From Squalus acanthias (lineage: Eukaryota), in assembly GCA_030390025.1 (NCBI GenBank), contig CM059425.1:176826001-176890000 (forward strand): a stretch of 64,000 bases of DNA, read 5' to 3'. This document shows, piece after piece, positions 53,728-64,000 of this stretch (position 1 is the stretch's first letter; every line of letters starts with the position of its first letter). The notes beneath the pieces were generated by a model. The model saw only the letters and a list, made by a program, of their open reading frames with translations. It was not told the origin of the DNA and searched no databases. The position numbers were made by a program, and so were the translations under genes.

Positions 53728-54241
53728 CTATATTGAAAAAGAGAATACAAGAGAAAAAAAATTATTATAAGTTCACTTTTTATTTTTATTACTAGCAGAA
53801 TAAAGCTGACAATTTTGGTTTGTTTTCTGGCCCTCTGCAACAAGGTTTCATTATCAGAATATTTAGCACTTACTCTGCCTAGAACATGTCAATACTAGAC
53901 TGTTGTCAACAAGAAACAATGCATTAGTGTTTTCCAGTGTAAAAACAACCCAGTTCCATTAATTTTAATGTAGGGTTTAATATCGATGTCACTGTGGCTC
54001 ATCAGTGAGCCACTCAAATGCACTCATCTCCAGGCTTCTGTTTGCCTATAACACGCTGGGGTGGGGCATAGGTTCATGCCTATGAAGCTTTGATCTCAGC
54101 CAAGCCCTTACAGGAACTCCCAAGGGACAGGGGAGGAAGAGAATGATTATAGTTCAGGAGCAGGTGATATACTCATCTTAAAAGTGCTTGGACCGCCCAC
54201 TCTGTCTGCAAATTCTGCTTATTCAACTGTGAAAATTGTAA

Positions 54242-54480
54242 CACAAAAGCAAAATACGGCAGATGCTGGAAATCTGAAATAAAAACAGAAAATGCTGGAA
54301 ATACTCAGCAGGTCAGGCAGCATCTGTGGAGAGAGAAAAACAGAGTTAACGTTTCAGGTCGATGACCTTTCGTCTGACAAAGGTCATTAGAAAGGTCATC
54401 GACCTGAAACGTTAACTCTTTCTTTCTCCACAGATGCTGCCTGACCTGCTGAGTGTTTCCAGCATTTTCTGTTTTTATTT
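54242..54480. mobile_element. Palindromic Penelope-like insertion (family 2) with degenerate hammerhead cores at the fold
   Basis: About 95-bp inverted arms; centre gaaaggtcatcgacctgaaacgttaac on both strands; about 14-bp TSD tgtgaaaa(t/a)tgtaa. Confidence 0.8.
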
Positions 54481-54539
54481 GTGAAAAATGTAATGCAGGC
54501 TAGTTGTGGCAAGAAGGAATCTGAAACACTCTATAACTA

Positions 54540-56120
54540 AGGTTTAACCTACCTCGGCGGGTCCAAGGTGGGTGATGTCAGTGGTGGGTCTTGGCCTGCT
54601 GCTGGCTCCATCCCGGCCTCCAAAATGACTTTCCGATGATTGGGCTTGTTAAGCCTGCCCAGCGCGTTTGCCGGCCAATTGAAGGAAGCGGGTCTGGTGA
54701 CGTCATTTGATGACGCGTCATCAGCCGGTTTCCTTAATGGGACCATGGCCAACTTTATTTTGCCATTTGTGCTTTCAGTGTTCTACAGCATTGAGGTGCT
54801 GCAAACACTGACAATCACTGCACAGAGGTGCACGGCTGCACCCAGGCTCTCCCATGACTCCCTCCATATGCTTATGGAGGGAGTCACAACACACAGGGAG
54901 GTTCTCTTCCCTTCCCATGGGCAGAAGAGACCTCCCCAGGACCCCAATGCAGCCTTGTTGCACATTGCAAAGGAGGGCACAAGCAGAGATGTGGTCAGGA
55001 GGACTTGGGTGCAGTGGCGTAAACCTTTCAATGATCTCAGTAGATCACAAAACGTTACTGCAAAGCCACACTCAACCTCATCCTGCTCTGCCACTCATCA
55101 CATCCCCATCACTCTGCCTTCCCTACCCTACCGTACTCCTGCACATCCTTCTCACACCAACTTACCTTGCACCTCCACCCATCCCTCTCTATCTACATTA
55201 TCACATCCACATCTCACTAACCACCCCTCACACTCACCCTCATCCTAGTTTAATCATACGAACTAACAACACACAAGTGTAGGCACTTGGGTGTTTTAGC
55301 CAATGTTCATGTAAAGTTTCTGTTAATGTGCTGTCAAACATTGAAATCTTTATTTTCAATCCTTTGCGCTCTTGGACAGATTTGTGTGCACCTTTGGAAA
55401 TGGCTTAGTGGGTTGCAGTGACTGGTGAGACATAACGGTACCCCCCACGATGATGAGGAGTGTGAAAGGAATGGCTTGGGCATTGTAGGGATGGTTTATG
55501 TTGTTGGTGTGGGGTGGCGCCAACCTGGCGCATCATGTGGCAGCCAGGGTACAGCATCAAGTGAAGTAAATGTGGCCATGGTGAGGTCATCCCTGGCCTC
55601 CCAGGCAGCAATGTGGTCGGGTGCTGATGCCCACTGTGCTGTGCAGCATCAGGTGATTGCGGAGAAGGTTGGTGTTGTTGGTGCTGCTGGTATGCCTGGT
55701 GCTGATGGTGTGCCTGGTGATGCTAGAGTTGGGGCTGACCGTGGTGGGATTCTGAGGATCAAGATTGAGAGTTTCAAGGGCACCCATGGTGATGGAATAG
55801 ATGGCAGGTGAAGTAGAGATGACAGACGCGATCTGTCAGTGGTGGGAGAGGTAATGAGGTCAGACTGGATGGAGACTTGTGTAAAGACTTGCAGCATCCT
55901 GAATCTGTAGTGGAATTGCAGTTTAGAGAAGCTAGTGGTTAAGGGAACATTTCTCAATCAGCTGGGAGCTTTGACTTGACCTTTGAAGCTGTCAACTCAT
56001 CAGCTGATTCAATGGCCACTGACCTCCCGCCTCAGCTTCACAGATGAGGTCTAGGCACAGCGGGAAACCAGTGGGCGACCTGTCAAATCCAAAAAGCTGG
56101 GGAAAACACATTGATAAGTG
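54540..56120 (+). mobile_element. Harbinger-derived element with a Myb/SANT exon
   Basis: ORF 54640-55248 (APRLSHDSLHMLMEGV...RTWVQWRKPFNDL). Confidence 0.7.
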
Positions 56121-56142
56121 GCTGTAAACAAGAAATACAAAC

Positions 56143-56160
56143 TGCCGACCGTGGCAGGAC
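56143..56160 (+). promoter_or_regulatory. Retroviral primer-binding site, tRNA-Arg(UCG)-like
   Basis: tgccgaccgtggcaggac versus the recalled complement of the tRNA-Arg(UCG) 3' end, TGGCGACCG(C/T)GGCAGGAC; about 100 bp upstream of the gag ATG. Confidence 0.65.
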
Positions 56161-56261
56161 TTTTGACTTGAGAAGTGGGGCTTTTCAAGAAGGACAAATT
56201 AAGAGTGTCAAACAGAACGACTTGGAATCTTAAAAATAAGACGCTACGTTACGGGATAACA

Positions 56262-57938
56262 ATGGCGAGTAATAAAGGGGAGACCTCCCAGAGTCGGGAA
56301 GAACAGTATAATAAATTAATGGTAGGAAATTATAAAAACTGGGCACTCACTGCAGCTAGAGTATGGCCCACCCAGAATACGGGACAAAGGTTAATGGAAA
56401 CCTCCGTAACCAGTACAGGAAAGAAAATAAAGAAAAGGGAATATAAATACTTCCTAATGGCAGCCTGTTATCTTGAATTAGTAAACGAATGAAATTTGAC
56501 CCAAGAAGCAAAAGATGAGCTGCAAAGGGTAAAAAGCCAGCTGACCGATGATTCTGAAACCTATAGGAAAAATATTGAGGAGTTAAAAAGGGAGTTGAGT
56601 GAGCTCCGAGATGAGAAGCGATTACATACCCTCCACATGGCTGCCAGCATGACAACTGTAGATTTGAGCAACTCCCAAGTTCAAAAATATAAAACCCAGG
56701 TAGAGCAATTACAGACGGAGCGACATGCCTTAGAAGGTAAATGGCAGGATTTAAAATCAACCCTTAGGATAATACAACAGTCCCACCAACGGGAGAAATA
56801 TGTGCATGCCGACCATACCCGTTGTAATAAAGACATTGAGGGATTAAGGTCACAGTTGTCCTCACTAAAAGGGGTAATTTGCGCCTTTTCAGACGAAAGG
56901 GATGCCGATATAGACTACTCAAGTCTAGCTGAGGCTGCTCACGCATATGATCAACGGGAAAGGGAGGACTGGCCTGAGCCAGAGGAGAAAGGGAGACCAC
57001 CACCCTACGCTCCCGAACCGCCTGATAAAACTCCAACTCCGGAGCTACCCATAAACCCCATGGTAACAACTCGAACCCCAGGGCAAAATGCCAACGACCC
57101 CAACAGCTATTCTACCCCGTTTAGTCTTTCCCAACTAAACGACGTTGCTAAGAATGTCCTGAAATACGATGGGAAAACTAGTTTTGAGTTATGGAAAGCC
57201 GGTGTCAAGCAAGCCTCTGAAACCCAGGGTTTAGATGATGGGGAACTAAGGAAATTGATAACCCTGTGTCTAGGACCGATTATTTATGGGGGCTTGACAC
57301 AAGAACAGAAAAAAGGAGGTACCACAGCAGAACTCTGGGCTGCGGTACGCGAGGTAGCAGGGATAAATAGTAAGGATGCTGTGATGGAATTAGCAAGTTT
57401 TAAACAGGCCACTGGGGAACACCCCCGCGCCTATGCAGAACGCCTTTGGATAGTTTTCTGCAATGTCTTTGGAACACTGGAGCGTGACGACTTGGATGAC
57501 ACCCAAAAACCATTGTGGCTAAAGTCCATCATCTCGCTCGCTTCTGACCATGGCCAAGAGGCCTGTAGAATGTTTGACCCTAATGAGGCCACTCACAATG
57601 AAGCTTGGGTCTTAAGGCGAATGATTATGGCCTGGCAAAACGACCAAAATAAACCCCCGTCCAAGCAAAAAGGGAAGGTGCATGTGTTTCAGCAGAATCA
57701 GGGGAGGAATGGTGCTCCAACATGGAAGACTGAGGGACTACCGGGATATACAGGAGGGAACCAAGAGTACAGGGGAATTGGAGTACTGAAGGGAGCGTGC
57801 TTTAACTGTGGGAAACAGGGACATTGGTCCCGAGAATGTAGAGCCCCGAAAAGAAGTACTGGGACAGGAGCGGTAGGAGGCTTAGGACGAATGGCACCCT
57901 GCCAGGAACAGCTAGGGCCAGAGCAAGGAGACCAATGA
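56262..57938 (+). pseudogene. gag: ERV gag (about 558 codons, one premature TGA at 56490-56492)
   Basis: ORFs 56175-56492 and 56496-57938 share a frame; coiled-coil-like N-region, PPPY at 56997-57008, CFNCGKQGHWSREC at 57798-57839. Confidence 0.88.
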
Positions 57939-60900
57939 CTGGGTCCGACCTCGGACATCGTATGTGGGATAGGATATGACAAACATGGACGACCTATAGT
58001 GTCAGGTACCGTAGGAGGTCACGATACCGCATTTTTATGGGACACAGGTGGATCCAGGACGTGCCTGGGAAACCAGCACCCTCTCTCACATAGCGATTTG
58101 ACAGACGTGACAGTTTTACTAAGCGGTTTTACTGGACACGGGCAAATGGCTACATTTATTAAACCACTAGACATCAAATTGAGTAATTTAAAATTTAAGC
58201 ATGCCTGTTTATCGGTACCACAAATGCAGGGAGAAGAAGCGATACTCGGGATAGATTTCATGAGGAAATTTAATCTAGCCTATGATCCCGCGAACAGACG
58301 TATTTGGAGATTGCATGAAATATGTAATGATGGTTTGATACCGACCGGTCAATATGATGAACGGGTGTGTTTTATGAAATTTTTTTCCTTTAACCCCATA
58401 TTAATGACAAGTGAACCAGGGTTGCAGAAGGTGCTAAGTCAGAATTTAAATGCCTTTGCCACTCACAAACATGAATGTGGTAGGACCACCGGAGAGGTGT
58501 TAATTACAGGACCCGATTCCCCCACCCCAGAAACAGTATAAAATCCCAGTAGAAGCTGAAAAGGATGTGGATAACATTATCCATAGCCTCCTGGAACAAG
58601 GCATACTTAGACCTATCGCGTCTACCAATATCTCACCCATTTGGCCAGTCCAAAAGCCTGATAAATCATGGCGCATGACTATAGACTACTGAGTATTAAA
58701 TAAAGTCAGGACTTCAGCAGCGCCCACGGTCGTTACCGCACCAGAGGCTGCTCTCAATTTTCCCCCAACCACAAAATTCTTCACAGTATTGGATATTAGT
58801 AATGGATTTTGGTCCATACCGTTGGCCAAGGAATGTCAGTATAAATTTGCATTCACTCATAAAGGACAACAATACACTTGGACTTGTTTGCCCCAAGGTT
58901 TCCATAATAGCCCCTCGATATTCTTGAATATGATGGCAAATGGGTTAAAGGGATTTTCTCAACCCTCAGCCCTTGTTCAGTACGTAGATGATATCCTACT
59001 CCAAACAGACACCCTTGAGGAACACGAGATCCTGTTACAAGAACTATCAGTAACTCTGTACAGATTAGCGGTTAAAATAAACCCAAAAAAGGCACAGATT
59101 GGAAAACCAAAAGTGCAATATTTAGGATTGCAAGTAACCCAGGGGGCACGGGAGGTGACCGAAGATAGAAAGAAGTCTGCCGCCACCTTACCCACCCCCA
59201 CAGACGTAAAATCCCTCAGGTCCTTTTTAGGGATTACAGGGTACTGCCGGGATCACATTGAGGACTACTCTGTGGTCGCCAAGCCCTTGTATAATCTACT
59301 AAGAAAGAGGGTGCTATGGGAATGGACCCAAGAACATGCGAACTCGTTCGGTAAATTAAAATCAGCATTGATCCAAGCCCCTGCACTACGAAACCCAGAC
59401 ATGTCTTCGAGCTTTTATCTGGAAACGGCCTCTAGCGAAGATGGTCTGTCAGCGGTATTACTGCAGGAACACTCTGGAAAGCTCCAACCTGTTGGTTACG
59501 CGTCCAGAGTTCTGACCCCCATAGAAACAGTGTTCTCACCCTGTGAGAAAAACTTACTCAGTGTATTTTGGGCCGTACATAAATTCTCCCCTACAGTCGG
59601 ACTTAACCCTTTGATCATTCTCACCCCACATACTCCTATTAAAATGCTCCTGGATGGAAACTTTAAAGAAGGGGCAGTTAGTTCACAACCAATAGCTAGA
59701 TGGACGCTACTCCTACAAGGAAGGGATATCCATATTCAATATGAGCCAAAGCAAACTAGCCTAGCACAAAGCATGTTATACCCCGGGGACCAACATGAGT
59801 GTAAAATTTTGTCATCAAGTGCCCTGACCGGTCCCTTTCAGACAAAATTAAGGGAGGGTGATAACGATATAAGAATTAAAACTCATGTTTACGTAGATGG
59901 TTCATCATCAATACGGGAAGGACAACAGTGTACAGGATTCGGAGTGGTAACTATGACCGAGGATGGGAAAAAGGTTCTTGAAACAACCCCAATTAAACTA
60001 GAAGGATCAAAAGGAGCACAAATAACTGAATTAAGTGCCATAGCATATGTAGCATTGCACCCAGAATCATTTCCCCCACTGGTGGAAATTCATTCAGACA
60101 GCAGTTACACCTGCAACAGCCTAACAGACTTTTTACCCATTTGGCAAGCGAGAGGTTTTACGTCGGCAGACGGGAAACCATTAACAACGGGCCCACTTCT
60201 TAAAGTTATCTTTGACGCGGCCATGGCCAATCAGGGACAATATATAATGAAAAAGGTTAAAGCCCATGTAAAAACCACACCATTAGGAAATCAATTAGCA
60301 GATGAAGCAGCAAAACAAGGAGCCATTGATGGTTACCTATGGGACCCTCTACAGGGAAAGGAAGGGACACTAACGGAAACCCTCTCGGCTGTCAAGGTAT
60401 CCTCCAAGACAGTAATAGATCTAAGGGAGAGCCAAAGCTCTGACCCGGATCTGAACAATATCCAATTAGGAAAGCCTTATCCCAAACCATATAGTCAATA
60501 TAGAACCGGTTTAACTTTAAATCAAGGAGTGGTGCTAAAGAACGGAAAATATGTGGTACCGGAGGTGGATAGACCCAAAATAATTTACCAGTTCCATGAT
60601 GTAGGAGGACACCAGGGGATAGATAGAACTACTGCCAAGATTAGGGATGTATGTTGGTGGCCAGAAATACAATCAGATGTAGAGAAATACATCAAGAACT
60701 GTTTGATTTGTGCTCAAAACAACCCTGGGAAATACAAGAATCAGGGTTTAATGGGACGCACTCGACAGGGCAAGGGCCCCTGGACCCAACTTCAGATAGA
60801 TTATATAGGGCCACTGCCCACCTGCCCAGGAGGAAAGAAGTACATATTGGTAATAGTAGATGTATTTTCTAAATGGATTGAGGCCTTCCCAACCAATAAC

Positions 60901-61218
60901 AATTCAGCTGCCACTACCGCCAAAATCCTAATGGAAGAAGTGTTCTCCCAATGGGGATTACCCAAAAGCATCGACTCAGATCAAGGGACCCATTTTACTG
61001 GGCAGGTCATGAGATCGGTCATGCAGTTGGCTGGGGTAAAACAGGATTTTCACATTTCATACCATCCAGAGTCCAATGGGATAGTAGAAAGAATGAACAG
61101 GACCCTAAAAACTATGATGAGGAAATTGGTCCAACAAAATCATACCTCCTGGCATAGGGTGCTCCCTTATGCATTAATGGCCATCTGGAACACGGTGGTA
61201 GCATCCACCGGCTACTCA
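57939..61218 (+). pseudogene. pol: ERV pro-pol (PR-RT-tether-RNase H-IN); frameshift at about 58520, TGA at 58690-58692
   Basis: FLWDTGG, ILGIDF, PQKQY, LPQGFHNSP, YVDD (58981-58992), YVDGSS, H..GH/CLIC, QIDYIG, DSDQG, NGIVERMN. Confidence 0.93.
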
Positions 61219-64000
61219 TAGAAACATAGAAAATAGGTACAGGAGTAGACCATTCGGTCCTTCGAGCCTGCACCGCCATTCAATGCGTTCATGGCTGAAC
61301 ATGCTACCTCAGTACCCCATTCCTGCTTTCTCGCCATACCCCTTGATCCCCCTAGTTGTGAGTGTTATATCTAACTCCCTTTTGAATATATTTAGCGAAC
61401 TGGCCTCAACAACCTTCTGTGGAAGAGAATTCCATAGATTCACCACTCTCTGGGTGAAGAAGTTCCTCCTCAGCTCAGTCCTAAATGGCTTCCCCTTAAT
61501 CCTTAGACTGTGACCCCTGGTTCTAGTTTTCCCTACCATTGGGAACATTCTGCCCGCATCTAATTTGTCTAAACCAGTCAGGATTTTAAATGTCTCTATA
61601 AGATCCCCCCTCATTCTTCTGAACTCCAGAGGATACAAGTTCAGTTGACCCAATCTTTCTTGATATGTCAGTCCGGCCATCCCAGGAATCAATCTAGTGA
61701 ACCTTCGCTGCACTCCCTCAATAGCAAGAATGTCCTTCCTCAAGTTAGGAGACCAAAACTGCGCACAATACTCCAGGTGTGGCCTCACCAAGGCCCTGTA
61801 CAACTGCAGCATCACCTCCCTACTCCTGTACTCAAATCCCCTTGCTATGAAGGCCATCATTCCGTTTGCTTTCTTGACTGCCTGCTGCACTTGCATTCCC
61901 ACCTTCAGTGACTGATGTACCATGACGCCCAGGTCTCGTTGCACCTCCCCTTTCCCTAATCTGCCACCATTCAGGTAATAGTCCGCCTCTCTATTTTTAC
62001 CACCAAAGTGGATAACCTCACATTTATCCACATTGTACTTCATCTGCCATACATTTGCCCATTCACCCAACCTGTCCAAGTCACTCTGTAGCCTCCTAGC
62101 ATCCTCCTCATTGTTCACACTGCCTCCCAATTTAGTGTCATCCGCAAATTTGGAGATATTACATTTAATCCCTTCGTCCAAATCATTAATATATAATGTA
62201 AACAGCTGGGGTCCCAGCACCGAACCCTGCGGTACCCCGCTGGTCACTGCCTGCCATTCTGAAAAGTACCCATTTACTCCTACTCTTTGTTTCCTGTGTG
62301 CCAACCAGTTCTCAATCCACGTCAACACATTACCCCCAATCCCATGTGCTTTAACTTTGCTCACCAATCTCTTGTGTGGGACCTTGTCGAAGGCCTTCTG
62401 AAAGTCCAAATACACCACATCTACTGGTTCCCCCCTGTCCACCCTATTGGAAACATCCTCAAAAAATTCCAGAAGATTTGTCAAGCATGATTTCCCTTTC
62501 ACAAATCCATGCTGACTTGGACCTATCATGTCGCCACTTTCCAAATGGTCTGTTATGACATCTTTAATAATTGCTTCCATCATTTTACCCACGACCGATG
62601 TCAGGCTGACCGGTCTATAATTCCCTGCTTTCTCCCTCCCTCCTTTTTTAAAAAGAGGGGTTACATTGGCCACCCTCCACTCCATCGGAACTGATCCAGA
62701 GTCTAAGGAATGTTGGAAAATGATCGTCAATGCATCCACTATTTCCAAGGCCACCTCCTTAAGTACTCTGGGATGCAGACCATCAGGCCCCGGGGATTTT
62801 TCAGCCTTCAGTCCCATCAATTTCCCCAATACCTTTTCCCGACTAATAATGATTTCCCTCAGCTCCTCCCTCTTACCAGATCCTCTGACCCCTTTTATTT
62901 CCGGCAGGTTGTGTGTGTCCTCCACAGTAAACACCGAACCAAAGTACTTGTTCAATTGATCTGCCATTTCCTTGTTCCCCATTACGACTTCCCCTGTTTC
63001 CGACTGCAGGGGACCTACGTTTGTTTTTACTAACCTCTTTCTTTTTACATATTTATAGAAGCTTTTGCAGTCCATTTTAATGTTCTCTGCAAGCTTCCTT
63101 TCATATTTTATTTTCCCTGCCCTAATCAAACCCTTCGTCCTCCTCTGCTGAGTTTTGAAGTTCTCCCAGTCCCCGGGTTTGCTGCTACTTCTGGCCAATT
63201 TGTATGCAATTTCCTTGGTTTTAATACTATCCCTGATTTCCCTTGTTAGCCATGGTTGAGCCACCTTCCCTTTTTTATTTTTATGCCAGACCGGGATGTA
63301 CAATTGTTGTAGTTCATCCATGCGATCTCTAAATGTCTGCCATTGCCCTTCCACTGATAGCCCCTTAAATATCGCTTGCCAATTTAACCTCGCCAATTCA
63401 CACCTCATACCCTCAAAGTTGCCCTTATTTAAGTTCTGGACCATGGTCTCTGACTTAACTGTTTCCTTCTCCATCCTAATGTAGAACTCCACCATACTAT
63501 GGTCACTCTTCCCCAGGGGGCCTCGTACCACAAGATTGCTGATTAGTCCCTCCTCATTACACAACACCCAGTCCAGGATGGCCTCCCCTCGAGTTGGTTC
63601 CTCAACATATTGGTTTAGGAAACCATCCCTTAAACACTCCAGGAAATCCTCCTCCACCGTATTGCTTCCAGTTTGAGTAGCCCAATCTATATGCATATTA
63701 AAGTCACCCATGATAACTGCCGTGCCTTTTTTGCACGCACCTCTGATTTCCTGTTTCATACCCTCCCCCACCTCACTACTGCTGTTTGGAGGTCTGTACA
63801 CAACTCCCACTAACGTTTTCTGCCCTTTGGTGTTCTGCAGCTCAACCCATATTGATTCCACATCCTCCAAGCTGATGTCCTTCCTAGCTATTGCATTAAT
63901 CTCCTCTTTAACCAGCAATGCTACCCCACCCCCTTTTCCTTTTATTCTATCCTTTCTGAATGTTGAATACCCCTGGATGTTCAGTTCCCAGCCTTGATTG
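61217..64000 (-). mobile_element. Young CR1 LINE with intact ORF2 (APE endonuclease plus RT), running off the window end
   Basis: ORF 61309-63918 (869 aa); the frame stays open to 64000 (ELNIQGYSTFRKDR...GGGVA); catagaaa tail at 61217. Confidence 0.97.

Larger units (their letters stand above)
56143..61218 (+). mobile_element. Endogenous retrovirus (spuma-related/lokiretrovirus-like), gag-pro-pol, interrupted by a CR1 in integrase
   Basis: PBS, Gag with PPPY and CCHC, WDTG protease, YVDD RT, tether plus RNase H, HHCC/DDE integrase in retroviral order. Confidence 0.9.

Noticed and set aside
61645..63997. Plus-strand ORFs as ERV env or accessory genes
   Set aside because: They are antisense shadows of CR1 ORF2; similar peptides occur opposite other CR1 copies

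Overview
Repeat-rich vertebrate genomic DNA. The CR1/L2 LINE, Deu-type SINE and Harbinger families suggest a cartilaginous fish; this is an inference. The only host gene I can support is a TRIM36/TRIM46-subfamily gene on the minus strand, represented by its last two coding exons (53727-53430 and 38681-38330, B30.2/SPRY region) joined by a phase-consistent 14,748-bp GT-AG intron. The rest is nested mobile DNA: two CR1-clade LINE lineages (one young, with intact ORF2 segments), L2 fragments, a tRNA-derived SINE, many PIF/Harbinger elements (transposase plus spliced Myb/SANT gene) and their GC-rich MITEs. Two things stand out. (1) An endogenous retrovirus at about 56143-61218 has spumavirus-like protease/RT motifs and a dual RNase H, but also a CCHC/PPPY Gag fused in frame to pol through a single UGA-C stop followed by a hairpin. 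It has a tRNA-Arg-like PBS, no recognisable 5' LTR, and an integrase cut by a young CR1. (2) Two families of short Penelope-like insertions carry minimal hammerhead-ribozyme cores and fold back into long palindromes at the ribozyme. All homology calls are from recalled motifs; no searches were run.
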